From Eledone cirrhosa (Eukaryota): a stretch of DNA of 64,000 nucleotides. Positions 1 through 15,400 of this stretch are shown in pieces (position 1 is the stretch's first letter; every line of letters starts with the position of its first letter). The notes beneath the pieces were generated by a model. The model was not told the DNA's origin. It did no database searches and saw nothing but the letters and a program-made list of their open reading frames with translations. The stretch spans positions 8,494,001-8,558,000 of the forward strand of contig OZ024741.1 of NCBI GenBank assembly GCA_964016885.1, in the 5' to 3' direction. The translations under genes and the position numbers were made by a program.

Positions 1-69
1 TCGAGGTTTTAGTCACCTCCATGTACAGCATAGTCGAGGTTTTAGTCACCTCCATGTACACCATAGTGG

Positions 70-2100
70 AGGTTTAGTCACCTCCATGTACAACATAGTC
101 GAGGTTTTAGTCACCTCCATGTACAACATAGTCGAGGTTTTTGTCACCTCCATGTACAACATAGTCGAGGTTTTAGTCACCTCCATGTACACCATAGTGG
201 AGGTTTCAGTCACCTCCGTGTACACCATAGTGGCGGTTTTAGTCACCTCCATGTACAACATAGTCGACGTTTTCGTCACCTCCATGTACAACGTAGTCGA
301 AGTTTTAGTCACCTCCATGTACAACATAGTCGAGGTTTTAATCACCTCCATGTACACCATAGTGGAGGTTTTAGTCACCTCCATGTACACCATAGTCGAG
401 GTTTTAGTCACCTCCATGTACAACAAAGAGGAGGTTTTAGTCACTTTCATGTACAACATAGTCGAGGTTTTAGTCACCTCCATGTACAACATAGTCGAGG
501 TTTTAGTCACCTCCGTGTACAACATAGTGGAGGTTTTAGTCACCTCCGTGTAAACCATAGTGGAGCTTTTAGTGACCTCCATGTACAACATAGTGGAGGT
601 TTTAGTCACCTCCATGTACAACATAGTCGAGGTTTTAGTCACCTCCATGTACAACATAGTCGAGGTTTTAGTCACCTCCATGTACAACATAGTGGAGGTT
701 TTATTCACCTCCATGTACACCATAGGCGAGGTTTTAGTCACCTGCATGTACAACAAAGAGGAGGTTCTAGACACTTCCATGTACAACATAGTGGAGGTTT
801 TAGTCACCTCCGTGTAAACCATAGTGGAGCTTTTAGTCACCTCCATGTACAACATAGTCGAGGTTTTAGTCACCTCCATGTACAACATAGTCGAGGTTTT
901 AGTCACCTCCATGTACACCATAGTGGAGGTTTTAGTCGCCTCCATGTACAACATAGTCGAGGTTTTAGTCAACTCCATGTACAACATAGTGCAGGTTTTA
1001 GTCAGCTCCATATACAAAATAGTCGAGGTTTTAGTCACCTCCATGTACACCATAGTGGAGGTTTTAGTCACCTCCATGTACAACATAGTCGAGGTTTTAG
1101 TCACCTCCATGTACAACATAGTCGAGGTTTTAGTCACCTCCATGTACACCATAGTGGAGGTTTAGTCACCTCCATGTACAACATAGTCGAGGTTTTAGTC
1201 ACCTCCATGTACAACATAGTCGAGGTTTTTGTCACCTCCATGTACAACATAGTCGAGGTTTTAGTCACCTACATGAACAACATAGTCGAGGTTTTAGTCA
1301 CCCCCATGTACAATATAGTGGAGGTTTTAGTCACCCCCATGTACGACATAGTCGAGGTTTTTGTCACCTCCATGTACAACATAGTCGAGGTTTTAGTCAC
1401 CTCCATGTACAACATAGTCGAGGTTTTAGTCACCTCCATGTACACCATAGTGGAGGTTTCAGTCACCTCCGTGTACACCATAGTGGCGGTTTTAGTCACC
1501 TCCATGTACAACATAGTCGACGTTTTCGTCACCTCCATGTACAACGTAGTCGAAGTTTTAGTCACCTCCATGTACAACATAGTCGAGGTTTTAATCACCT
1601 CCATGTACACCATAGTGGAGGTTTTAGTCACCTCCATGTACACCATAGTCGAGGTTTTAGTCACCTCCATGTACAACAAAGAGGAGGTTTTAGTCACTTT
1701 CATGTACAACATAGTCGAGGTTTTAGTCACCTCCATGTACAACATAGTCGAGGTTTTAGTCACCTCCGTGTACAACATAGTGGAGGTTTTAGTCACTTCC
1801 GTGTAAACCATAGTGGAGATTTTAGTGACCTCCATGTACAACATAGTGGAGGTTTTAGTCACCTCCATGTACAACATAGTCGAGGTTTTAGTCACCTCCA
1901 TGTACAACATAGTCGAGGTTTTAGTCACCTCCATGTACAACATAGTGGAGGTTTTACTCACCTCCATGTACACCATAGGCGAGGTTTTAGTCACCTGCAT
2001 GTACAACAAAGAGGAGGTTCTAGACACTTCCATGTACAACATAGTGGAGGTTTTAGTCACCTCCGTGTAAACCATAGTGGAGCTTTTAGTCACCTCCATA
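70..2100. repeat. Higher-order duplication, offset 1253 bp (38 monomers minus 1 nt)
   Basis: ORF boundaries 553/1806, 560/1813 and 824/2077 all differ by 1253. The rare variant string CACCTGCATG...GAGGTTCTAGACACTTCC occurs at about 740-780 and again at about 1992-2030. Boundaries are approximate. Confidence 0.85.
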
Positions 2101-2387
2101 TATAACATAGTCGAGGTTTTAGTCACCTCCATGTACACCACAGTTTGGGTTTTAGTCACCTCCATGTACAACATAGTCGAGGTTTTAGTCACCTCCATGT
2201 ACAACATAGTCGCAGTTTTAGTCACATCCATGTACACCATAGTGGAGGTTTTAGTCACCTCCATGTACAACATAGTCGATGTTTTAGTCACCTCCATGTA
2301 CAACAAAGTGGAGGTTTTAGTCACCTCCATGTACAACTTAGTCGAGGTTTTAGTCACCTCCATGTACATCATAGTCGAGGTTTGAGT

Positions 2388-5300
2388 CACCTACATGTAC
2401 AACATAGTGGAGGTTTTAGTCACCTCCATGTACAACATAGTCGAGGTTTTAGTCACCTCTATGTACAACGTAGTCGAGGTGTTAGTGACCTCTATGTACA
2501 ACATAGTCAAGGTTTTAATCACCTCCATGTACACCATAGTGGAGGTTTTAATCACCTCCATGTAGAACATAGTCGAGGTTTTAGTCACCTCTATGTCCAA
2601 CGTAATCGAGGTTTTAGTCACCTCCATGTACAACATAGTCGAGGTTTTAATCACCTCTATGTACAACATAGTCGAGGTTTCAGTCACCTCCGTGTACAAC
2701 ATATTTGAGGGTTTAGTGACCTCCGTGTACACCATAGTGGAGCTTTTAGCCACCTCCATATACAACATAGTCGAGGTTTTAGTCACCTCCATGTACACCA
2801 TAGTTTGAGGTTTTAGTCACCTCCATGTACAAGATAGTCGAGGTTTAGTCACCTCCATGTACAACATAGTCGCGGTTTTAGTCACCTCCATGTACACCAT
2901 AGTCGAGGTTTTAGTCACCTCCATGTACAACATAGTCGAGGTTTTAGTCACCTCCATGTACAACATAGTGGAGGTTTTAGTCACCTCCATGTACACCATA
3001 GTGGAGGTTTCAGTCACCTCCGTGTACACCATAGTCGAGGTTTTAGTCACCTCCATGTACAACATAGTCGAGGTTTTAGTCACCTCCATGTACAACATAG
3101 TGGAGGTTTTAGTCACCTCTATGTACACCATAGTCGAGGTTTTAGTCACCTCCATGTACAACATAGTCGAGGTTTTAGTCACCTCTATGTACAACATAGT
3201 GGACGTTTTCGTTACCTCCATGTACAACGTAGTCGAAGTTTTAGTCACCTCCATGTACAACATAGTCGAGGTTTTAGTCACCACCATGTACACCATAGTG
3301 GAGGTTTTAGTCACCTCCATGTACAACATAGTCGAGGTTTTAGTCACCTCCATGTACAACATAGTCGACGTTTTACTCACCTCCATGTACAACATAGTGG
3401 AGGTTTTAGTCACCTCCATGTACAACATAGTCGATATTTTAGTCACCTCCATATACAACATAGTCGAGGTTTTAGTCACCTCCATGTACACTATAGTGCA
3501 GGTTTTAGTCACCTCCATGTACAACATAGTCGAGGTTTTACTCACCTCCATGTACACCATAGTGGAGGTTTTAGTCACCTCCATATACAACATAGTCGAG
3601 GTTTTAGTCACCTCTATGTACAACGTAGTCGAGGTTTTAGTCACCTCCATGTACAACATAGTCGTGGTTTTAGTCACCTCTATATATAAAAAAATAGTCG
3701 AGGTTTTAGTCACCTCTATGTACAACATAGTCGCGGTTTCAGTCACCTCCGTGTACAACATAGTGGAGGTTTTAGTCACCTCCGTGTATACCATAGTGGA
3801 GCTTTTAGTCACCTCCATGTACAACAAAGTGGAGGTTTTAGTCACCTCCATGTACAACATAGTCGAGGTTTTAGTCACCTCTATGTACAACGTAGACGAG
3901 GTTTTAGTCACCTCCATGTACAACATAGTCGAGGTTTTAGTCACCTCTAAGTACAACATAGTCGAGGTTTCAGTCACCTCCGTGTACAATATAGTTGAGG
4001 ATTTAGTCACCTCCGTGTACACCATAGTGGAGTTTTTAGTCATCTCCATATACAACATAGTCGAGGTTTTAGTCACCTCCATGTACACCATAGTTTGGGT
4101 TTTAGTCACCTCCATGTACAACATAGTCGCAGTTTTAGTCACATCCATGTACACCATAGTGGAGGTTTTAGACACCTCCATGTACAACATAGTCGATGTT
4201 TTAGTCACCTCCATGTACAACAGAGTGGAGGTTTTAGTCACCTACATGAACAACATAGTCGAGGTTTTAGTCACCTCCATGTACAACATAGTCGAGGTTT
4301 TAGTCACCTCCATGTACAACATAGTCGAGGTTTTAGTCACCTCCATGTACAACATAGTCGAGGTTTTAGTCACCTCCATGTACACCATAGTGGAGGTTTT
4401 AGTCACCTCCATGTACAACATAGTCGAAGTTTTAGTCACCTCCATGTACAAGATAGTCGAGATTTTAGTCACCTCCATGTACAACATAGTCGAGGTTTTA
4501 GTCACCTCCATGTACAACATAGTCAAGGATTTAGTCACCTCCATGTACAACATAGTCGAGGTTTTAGTCACCTCCATGTACAACATAGTCGAGGTTTTAG
4601 ACACCTCCATGTACACCATAGTGGAGGTTTTAGTCACCTCCATGTACAACATAGTCGAAGTTTTAGTCACCACCATGTACAAGATAGTCGAGGTTTTAGA
4701 CACCTCCATGTACAACATAGTCGAGGTTTTAGTCACCTCCATGTACACCATAGTGGAGGTTTAGTGACCTCCATGTACAACATAGTTGAGGTTTTAGTCA
4801 CCTCCATGTACAACATAGTCGAGGTTTTTGTCACCTCCATGTACAACATAGTCGAGGTTTTAGTCACCTACATGAACAACATAGAAGAGGTTTTAGTCAC
4901 CCCCATGTACAATATAGTGGAGGTTTTAGTCACCTCCATGTACGACATAGTGGAGGATTTAGTCACCTCCATGTACAACATAGTCGTGGTTTTAGTCACC
5001 TCCATGTACAACATAGTCGAGGCTTTAGTCACCTCCATGTACAACATAGTCGAGGTTTTAGTCAACTCCATGTACAACATAGTCGAGGTTTTAGTCACCT
5101 CCATGTACAACATATGTGAGGTTTTAGTCACCTCCATGTACAACATAGTCGAGGTCTTAGTCACCTCCATGTACAACATAGTGGAGATTTTAGTCACCTC
5201 CATGTACACCATAGTGGAGGTTTCAGTCACCTCCGTGTACACCATAGTCGAGGTTTTAGTCACCTCCATGTACAACATAGTCGAGGTTTTAGTCACCTCC

Positions 5301-8300
5301 ATGTACAACATAGTGGAGGTTTTAGTCACCTCCATGTACACCATAGTCGAGGTTTTAGTCACCTCCATGTACAACATAGTCGAGGTTTTAGTCACCTCTA
5401 TGTACAACATAGTCGACGTTTTCGTCACCTCCATGTACAACGTAGTCGAAGTTTTAGTCACCTCCATGTACACCATAGTGGAGGTTTTAGTCACCTCCAG
5501 GTACACCATAGTCGTGGTTTTAGTCACCTCCATGTACAACAAAGAGGAGGTTTTAGTCACTTTCATGTACAACATAGTCGAGGTTTTAGTCACCTCCATG
5601 TACAACATAGTCGAGGTTTTAGTCACCTCCGTGTACAACATAGTGGAGGTTTTAGTCACCTCCGTGTAAACCATAGTGGAGTTTTAGTCACCTCCATGTA
5701 CAACATAGTGGAGGTTTTAGTCACCTCCATGTACAATATAGTCGAGGTTTTAGTCACCTCCATGTACAACATAGTCGAGGTTTTAGTCACCTCCATGTAC
5801 AACATAGTGGAGGTTTTAATCACCTCCATGTACAGCATAGGCGAGGTTTTAGTCACCTCCATGTACAACAAAGAGGAGGTTTTAGTCACTTCCATGTACA
5901 ACATAGTGGAGGTTTTAGTCACCTCCGTGTAAACCATAGTGGAGCTTTTAGTCACCTCCATGTACAACATAGTAGAGGTTTTAGTCACCTCCATGTACAA
6001 CATAGTCGAGGTTTTAGTCACCTCCGTGTACACCATAGTGGAGCTTTTAGTCACCTCCATATATAACATAGTCGAGGTTTTAGTCACCTCCATGTACACC
6101 ATAGTTTGGGTTTTAGTCACCTCCATGTACACCATAGTGGAGGTTTTAGTCACCTCCATGTACAACATAGTCGAGGTTTTAGTCACCTCCATGTACAACA
6201 TAGTCGAGGTTTTAGTCACCTCTATATATAAAAAATAGTCGAGGTTTTAGTCACCTCCATGTACAACAAAGTGGAGGTTTTAGTCACCTCCATGTACAAC
6301 ATAGTCGAGGTTTTAGTCACCTCTAAGTACAACATAGTCGAGGTTTCAGTCACCTCCGTGTACAATATAGTTGAGGATTTAGTCACCTCCGTGTACACCA
6401 TAGTGGAGTTTTTAGTCACCTCCATATACAACATAGTCGCAGTTTTAGTCACATCCATGTACACCATAGTGGAGGCTTTAGACACCTCCATGTACAACAT
6501 AGTCGATGTTTTAGTCAGCTCCATGTACAACAGAGTGGAGGTTTTAGTCACCTACAAGAACAACATAGTCGAGGTTTTAGTCACCTCCATGTACAACATA
6601 GTCGAGGTTTGAGTCACCTCCATGTACAACATAGTGGAGGTTTTAGTCACCTCCATGTACAACATAGTCGAGGTTTTAGTCACCTCCATGTACAACATAG
6701 TGGAGGTTTTAGTCACCTCCATGTACACCATAGTGGAGGTTTTAGTCACCTCCATGTACAACATAGTCGAAGTTTTAGTCACCTCCATGTACAAGATAGT
6801 CGAGATTTTAGTCACCTCCATGTACAACATCGTCGAGGTTTTAGTCACCTCCATGTACAACATAGTCAAGGTTTTAGTCACCTCCATGTACAACATAGTC
6901 GAGGTTTTAGTCACCTCCATGTACAACATAGTCGAGGTTTTAGTCACCTCCATGTACAACATAGTCGAGCTTTTAGTCACCTCCATGTACAACATAGTGG
7001 AGGTTTTTGTCATTTCTATGTACAACATAGTTGAGGTTTTAGTCACCACCATGTACACCATAGTGGAGGTTTTAGTCACCTCCATGTACAACATAGTCGA
7101 GGTTTTAGTCACCTCCATGTACAACATAGTCGAGGTTTTAGTCAACACCATGTACAACATAGTTGAGGTTTTAGTGACCTCCATGTACAACATAGTCGAG
7201 ATTTTAGTCACCTCCATGTACAACATAGTGGAGGTTTTAGTCACCTCTATGTACAACATAGTCGAGGTTTTAGTCACCTCCATGTACAACATAGTGGAGG
7301 TTTTAGTCACCTCCATGTACAACATAGTCGAGGTTTTAGTCACCTCCATGTACAACATAGTCGAGGTTTTAATCACCTCCATGTACAACATAGTCGAGGT
7401 TTTAGTCACCTCTATGTACAACATAGTCGACGTTTTAGTCACCTCCATGTACAACGTAGTCGAGGTTTTAGTCACCTCCATGTACAACATAGTCGAGGTT
7501 TTAATCACCTACATGTACAACATAGTGGAGGTTTTAGTCACCTCCATGTACAACATAGTCGAGGTTTTAGTCACCTCTATGTACAACGTAGTCGAGGTGT
7601 TAGTGACCTCTATGTACAACATAGTCAAGGTTTTAATCACCTCCATGTACACCATAGTGGAGGTTTTAATCACCTCCATGTAGAACATAGTCGAGGTTTT
7701 AGTCACCTCTATGTCCAACGTAATCGAGGTTTTAGTCACCTCCATGTACAACATAGTCGAGGTTTTTGTCACCTCCATGTACAACATAGTCGAGGTTTTA
7801 GTCACCTACATGAACAACATAGAAGAGGTTTTAGTCACCCCCATGTACAATATAGTGGAGGTTTTAGTCACCTCCATGTACGACATAGTGGAGGATTTAG
7901 TCACCTCCATGTACAACATAGTCGAGGTTTTAGTCACCTCCATGTACAACATAGTCGAGGCTTTAGTCACCTCCATGTACAACATAGTCGAGGTTTTAGT
8001 CAACTCCATGTACAACATAGTCGAGGTTTTAGTCACCTCCATGTACAACATATGTGAGGTTTTAGTCACCTCCATGTACAACATAGTCGAGGTCTTAGTC
8101 ACCTCCATGTACAACATAGTGGAGATTTTAGTCACCTCCATGTACACCATAGTGGAGGTTTCAGTCACCTCCGTGTACACCATAGTCGAGGTTTTAGTCA
8201 CCTCCATGTACAACATAGTCGAGGTTTTAGTCACCTCCATGTACAACATAGTGGAGGTTTTAGTCACCTCCATGTACACCATAGTCGAGGTTTTAGTCAC

Positions 8301-11300
8301 CTCCATGTACAACATAGTCGAGGTTTTAGTCACCTCTATGTACAACATAGTCGACGTTTTCGTCACCTCCATGTACAACGTAGTCGAAGTTTTAGTCACC
8401 TCCATGTACACCATAGTGGAGGTTTTAGTCACCTCCAGGTACACCATAGTCGTGGTTTTAGTCACCTCCATGTACAACAAAGAGGAGGTTTTAGTCACTT
8501 TCATGTACAACATAGTCGAGGTTTTAGTCACCTCCATGTACAACATAGTCGAGGTTTTAGTCACCTCCGTGTACAACATAGTGGAGGTTTTAGTCACCTC
8601 CGTGTAAACCATAGTGGAGTTTTAGTCACCTCCATGTACAACATAGTGGAGGTTTTAGTCACCTCCATGTACAATATAGTCGAGGTTTTAGTCACCTCCA
8701 TGTACAACATAGTCGAGGTTTTAGTCACCTCCATGTACAACATAGTGGAGGTTTTAATCACCTCCATGTACAGCATAGGCGAGGTTTTAGTCACCTCCAT
8801 GTACAACAAAGAGGAGGTTTTAGTCACTTCCATGTACAACATAGTGGAGGTTTTAGTCACCTCCGTGTAAACCATAGTGGAGCTTTTAGTCACCTCCATG
8901 TACAACATAGTAGAGGTTTTAGTCACCTCCATGTACAACATAGTCGAGGTTTTAGTCACCTCCGTGTACACCATAGTGGAGCTTTTAGTCACCTCCATAT
9001 ATAACATAGTCGAGGTTTTAGTCACCTCCATGTACACCATAGTTTGGGTTTTAGTCACCTCCATGTACACCATAGTGGAGGTTTTAGTCACCTCCATGTA
9101 CAACATAGTCGAGGTTTTAGTCACCTCCATGTACAACATAGTCGAGGTTTTAGTCACCTCTATATATAAAAAATAGTCGAGGTTTTAGTCACCTCCATGT
9201 ACAACAAAGTGGAGGTTTTAGTCACCTCCATGTACAACATAGTCGAGGTTTTAGTCACCTCTAAGTACAACATAGTCGAGGTTTCAGTCACCTCCGTGTA
9301 CAATATAGTTGAGGATTTAGTCACCTCCGTGTACACCATAGTGGAGTTTTTAGTCACCTCCATATACAACATAGTCGCAGTTTTAGTCACATCCATGTAC
9401 ACCATAGTGGAGGCTTTAGACACCTCCATGTACAACATAGTCGATGTTTTAGTCAGCTCCATGTACAACAGAGTGGAGGTTTTAGTCACCTACAAGAACA
9501 ACATAGTCAGGGTTTTAGTCACCTCCATGTACAACATAGTCGAGGTTTGAGTCACCTCCATGTACAACATAGTGGAGGTTTTAGTCACCTCCATGTACAA
9601 CATAGTCGAGGTTTTAGTCACCTCCATGTACAACATAGTGGAGGTTTTAGTCACCTCCATGTACACCATAGTGGAGGTTTTAGTCACCTCCATGTACAAC
9701 ATAGTCGAAGTTTTAGTCACCTCCATGTACAAGATAGTCGAGATTTTAGTCACCTCCATGTACAACATCGTCGAGGTTTTAGTCACCTCCATGTACAACA
9801 TAGTCAAGGTTTTAGTCACCTCCATGTACAACATAGTCGAGGTTTTAGTCACCTCCATGTACAACATAGTCGAGGTTTTAGTCACCTCCATGTACAACAT
9901 AGTCGAGCTTTTAGTCACCTCCATGTACAACATAGTGGAGGTTTTTGTCATTTCTATGTACAACATAGTTGAGGTTTTAGTCACCACCATGTACACCATA
10001 GTGGAGGTTTTAGTCACCTCCATGTACAACATAGTCGAGGTTTTAGTCACCTCCATGTACAACATAGTCGAGGTTTTAGTCAACACCATGTACAACATAG
10101 TTGAGGTTTTAGTGACCTCCATGTACAACATAGTCGAGATTTTAGTCACCTCCATGTACAACATAGTGGAGGTTTTAGTCACCTCTATGTACAACATAGT
10201 CGAGGTTTTAGTCACCTCCATGTACAACATAGTGGAGGTTTTAGTCACCTCCATGTACAACATAGTCGAGGTTTTAGTCACCTCCATGTACAACATAGTC
10301 GAGGTTTTAATCACCTCCATGTACAACATAGTCGAGGTTTTAGTCACCTCTATGTACAACATAGTCGACGTTTTAGTCACCTCCATGTACAACGTAGTCG
10401 AGGTTTTAGTCACCTCCATGTACAACATAGTCGAGGTTTTAATCACCTACATGTACAACATAGTGGAGGTTTTAGTCACCTCCATGTACAACATAGTCGA
10501 GGTTTTAGTCACCTCTATGTACAACATAGTCGAGGTGTTAGTGACCTCTATGTACAACATAGTCAAGGTTTTAATCACCTCCATGTACACCATAGTGGAG
10601 GTTTTAATCACCTCCATGTAGAACATAGTCGAGGTTTTAGTCACCTCTATGTCCAACGTAATCGAGGTTTTAGTCACCTCCATGTACAACATAGTCGAGG
10701 TTTTAATCACCTCTATGTACAACATAGTCGAGGTTTCAGTCACCTCCGTGTACAACATATTTGAGGGTTTAGTGACCTCCGTGTACACCATAGTGGAGCT
10801 TTTAGCCACCTCCATATACAACATAGTCGAGGTTTTAGTCACCTCCATGTACACCATAGTTTGAGGTTTTAGTCACCTCCATGTACAAGATAGTCGAGGT
10901 TTAGTCACCTCCATGTACAACATAGTCGCGGTTTTAGTCACCTCCATGTACACCATAGTCGAGGTTTTAGTCACCTCCATGTACAACATAGTCGAGGTTT
11001 TAGTCACCTCCATGTACAACATAGTGGAGGTTTTAGTCACCTCCATGTACACCATAGTGGAGGTTTCAGTCACCTCCGTGTACACCATAGTCGAGGTTTT
11101 AGTCACCTCCATGTACAACATAGTCGAGGTTTTAGTCACCTCCATGTACAACATAGTGGAGGTTTTAGTCACCTCCATGTACACCATAGTCGAGGTTTTA
11201 GTCACCTCCATGTACAACATAGTTGAGGTTTTAGTCACCTCTATGTACAACATAGTGGACGTTTTCGTTACCTTCATGTACAACGTAGTCGAAGTTTTAG

Positions 11301-14300
11301 TCACCTCCATGTACAACATAGTCGAGGTTTTAGTCACCACCATGTACACCATAGTGGAGGTTTTAGTCACCTCCATGTACAACATAGTCGAGGTTTTAGT
11401 CACCTCCATGTACAACATAGTCGACGTTTTACTCACCTCCATGTACAACATAGTCGACGTTTTACTCACCTCCATGTACAACATAGTCGATATTTTAGTC
11501 ACCTCCATATACAACATAGTCGAGGTTTTAGTCACCTCCATGTACACTATAGTGCAGGTTTTAGTCACCTCCATGTACAACATAGTCGAGGTTTTACTCA
11601 CCTCCATGTACACCATAGTGGAGGTTTTAGTCACCTCCATATACAACATAGTCGAGGTTTTAGTCACCTCTATGTACAACGTAGTCGAGGTTTTAGTCAC
11701 CTCCATGTACAACATAGTCGTGGTTTTAGTCACCTCTATATATAAAAAAATAGTCGAGGTTTTAGTCACCTCTATGTACAACATAGTCGCGGTTTCAGTC
11801 ACCTCCGTGTACAACATAGTGGAGGTTTTAGTCACCTCCGTGTATACCATAGTGGAGCTTTTAGTCACCTCCATGTACAACAAAGTGGAGGTTTTAGTCA
11901 CCTCCATGTACAACATAGTCGAGGTTTTAGTCACCTCTATGTACAACGTAGACGAGGTTTTAGTCACCTCCATGTACAACATAGTCGAGGTTTTAGTCAC
12001 CTCTAAGTACAACATAGTCGAGGTTTCAGTCACCTCGGTGTACAATATAGTTGAGGATTTAGTCACCTCCGTGTACACCATAGTGGAGTTTTTAGTCACC
12101 TCCATATACAACATAGTCGAGGTTTTAGTCACCTCCATGTACACCATAGTTTGGGTTTTAGTCACCTCCATGTACAACATAGTCGCAGTTTTAGTCACAT
12201 CCATGTACACCATAGTGGAGGTTTTAGACACCTCCATGTACAACATAGTCGATGTTTTAGTCACCTCCATGTACAACAGAGTGGAGGTTTTAGTCACCTA
12301 CATGAACAACATAGTCGAGGTTTTAGTCACCTCCATGTACAACATAGTCGAGGTTTTAGTCACCTCCATGTACAACATAGTCGAGGTTTTAGTCACCTCC
12401 ATGTACAACATAGTCGAGGTTTTAGTCACCTCCATGTACACCATAGTGGAGGTTTTAGTCACCTCCATGTACAACATAGTCGAAGTTTTAGTCACCTCCA
12501 TGTACAAGATAGTCGAGATTTTAGTCACCTCCATGTACAACATCGTCGAGGTTTTAGTCACCTCCATGTACAACATAGTCAAGGATTTAGTCACCTCCAT
12601 GTACAACATAGTCGAGGTTTTAGTCACCTCCATGTACAACATAGTCGAGGTTTTAGTCACCTCCATGTACACAATAGTGGAGGTTTTAGTCACCTCCATG
12701 TACAACATAGTCGAAGTTTTAGTCACCACCATGTACAAGATAGTCGAGGTTTTAGAAACCTCCATGTACAACATAGTCGAGGTTTTAGTCACATCCATGT
12801 ACACCATAGTGGAGGTTTAGTCACCTCCATGTACAACATAGTTGAGGTTTTAGTCACCTCCATGTACAACATAGTCGAGGTTTTTGTCACCTCCATGTAC
12901 AACATAGTCGAGGTTTTAGTCACCTACATGAACAACATAGAAGAGGTTTTAGTCACCCCCATGTACAATATAGTGGAGGTTTTAGTCACCTCCATGTACG
13001 ACATAGTGGAGGATTTAGTCACCTCCATGTACAACATAGTCGAGGTTTTAGTCACCTCCATGTACAACATAGTCGAGGCTTTAGTCACCTCCATGTACAA
13101 CATAGTCGAGGTTTTAGTCAACTCCATGTACAACATAGTCGAGGTTTTAGTCACCTCCATGTACAACATATGTGAGGTTTTAGTCACCTCCATGTACAAC
13201 ATAGTCGAGGTCTTAGTCACCTCCATGTACAACATAGTGGAGATTTTAGTCACCTCCATGTACACCATAGTGGAGGTTTCAGTCACCTCCGTGTACACCA
13301 TAGTCGAGGTTTTAGTCACCTCCATGTACAACATAGTCGAGGTTTTAGTCACCTCCATGTACAACATAGTGGAGGTTTTAGTCACCTCCATGTACACCAT
13401 AGTCGAGGTTTTAGTCACCTCCATGTACAACATAGTCGAGGTTTTAGTCACCTCTATGTACAACATAGTCGACGTTTTCGTCACCTCCATGTACAACGTA
13501 GTCGAAGTTTTAGTCACCTCCATGTACACCATAGTGGAGGTTTTAGTCACCTCCAGGTACACCATAGTCAAGGTTTTAGTCACCTCCATGTACAACAAAG
13601 AGGAGGTTTTAGTCACTTTCATGTACAACATAGTCGAGGTTTTAGTCACCTCCATGTACAACATAGTCGAGGTTTTAGTCACCTCCGTGTACAACATAGT
13701 GGAGGTTTTAGTCACCTCCGTGTAAACCATAGTGGAGTTTTAGTCACCTCCATGTACAACATAGTGGAGGTTTTAGTCACCTCCATGTACAATATAGTCG
13801 AGGTTTTAGTCACCTCCATGTACAAAATAGTCGAGGTTTTAGTCACCTCCATGTACAACATAGTGGAGGTTTTAATCACCTCCATGTACAGCATAGGCGA
13901 GGTTTTAGTCACCTCCATGTACAACAAAGAGGAGGTTTTAGTCACTTCCATGTACAACATAGTGGAGGTTTTAGTCACCTCCATGTACAACATAGTAGAG
14001 GTTTTAGTCACCTCCATGTACAACATAGTCGAGGTTTTAGTCACCTCCGTGTACACCATAGTGAAGCTTTTAGTCACCTCCATATATAACATAGTCGAGG
14101 TTTTAGTCACCTCCATGTACACCATAGTTTGGGTTTTAGTCACCTCCATGTACACCATAGTGGAGGTTTTAGTCACCTCCATGTACAACATAGTCGAGGT
14201 TTTAGTCACCTCCATGTACAACATAGTCGAGGTTTTAGTCACCTCTATATATAAAAAATAGTCGAGGTTTTAGTCACCTCCATGTACAACAAAGTGGAGG

Positions 14301-15400
14301 TTTTAGTCACCTCCATGTACAACATAGTCGAGGTTTTAGTCACCTCTAAGTACAACATAGTCGAGGTTTCAGTCACCTCCGTGTACAATATAGTTGAGGA
14401 TTTAGTCACCTCCGTGTACACCATAGTGGAGTTTTTAGTCACCTCCATATACAACATAGTCGCAGTTTTAGTCACATCCATGTACACCATAGTGGAGGCT
14501 TTAGACACCTCCATGTACAACATAGTCGATGTTTTAGTCAGCTCCATGTACAACAGAGTGGAGGTTTTAGTCACCTACAAGAACAACAAGTCGAGGTTTT
14601 AGTCACCTCCATGTACAACATAGTCGAGGTTTGAGTCACCTCCATGTACAACATAGTGGAGGTTTTAGTCACCTCCATGTACAACATAGTCGAGGTTTTA
14701 GTCACCTCCATGTACAACATAGTGGAGGTTTTAGTCACCTCCATGTACACCATAGTGGAGGTTTTAGTCACCTCCATGTACAACATAGTCGAAGTTTTAG
14801 TCACCTCCATGTACAAGATAGTCGAGATTTTAGTCACCTCCATGTACAACATCGTCGAGGTTTTAGTCACCTCCATGTACAACATAGTCAAGGTTTTAGT
14901 CACCTCCATGTACAACATAGTCGAGGTTTTAGTCACCTCCATGTACAACATAGTCGAGGTTTTAGTCACCTCCATGTACAACATAGTCGAGCTTTTAGTC
15001 ACCTCCATGTACAACATAGTGGAGGTTTTTGTCATTTCTATGTACAACATAGTTGAGGTTTTAGTCACCACCATGTACACCATAGTGGAGGTTTTAGTCA
15101 CCTCCATGTACAACATAGTCGAGGTTTTAGTCACCTCCATGTACAACATAGTCGAGGTTTTAGTCAACACCATGTACAACATAGTTGAGGTTTTAGAGAC
15201 CTCCATGTACAACATAGTCGAGATTTTAGTCACCTCCATGTACAACATAGTGGAGGTTTTAGTCACCTCTATGTACAACATAGTCGAGGTTTTAGTCACC
15301 TCCATGTACAACATAGTGGAGGTTTTAGTCACCTCCATGTACAACATAGTCGAGGTTTTAGTCACCTCCATGTACAACATAGTCGAGGTTTTAATCACCT
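2388..15400. repeat. Higher-order repeat with a 5118-bp period (155 monomers +3 nt), stretched to 8056 bp where it contains the 2938-bp duplication
   Basis: Offsets of 8056 at 2391/10447, 2817/10873, 2857/10913, 4242/12298 and 4868/12924. Offsets of 5118 at 2391/7509 and 7806/12924. 8056 = 5118 + 2938. Confidence 0.88.
4790..10690. repeat. Near-identical direct tandem duplication of a 2938-bp block (89 monomers +1 nt)
   Basis: ORF pairs 4868/7806, 5656/8594, 6222/9160, 6552/9490 and 6622/9560 are all offset by 2938 with almost identical translations. The marker GGTTTTTGTC lies at about 4823 and 7761. Confidence 0.93.

Noticed and set aside
3681-11750. A7 versus A6 run in the TATA-like monomer as a programmed frameshift or phase-variation switch
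   Set aside because: No gene depends on it. Homopolymer slippage or sequencing error explains it adequately.
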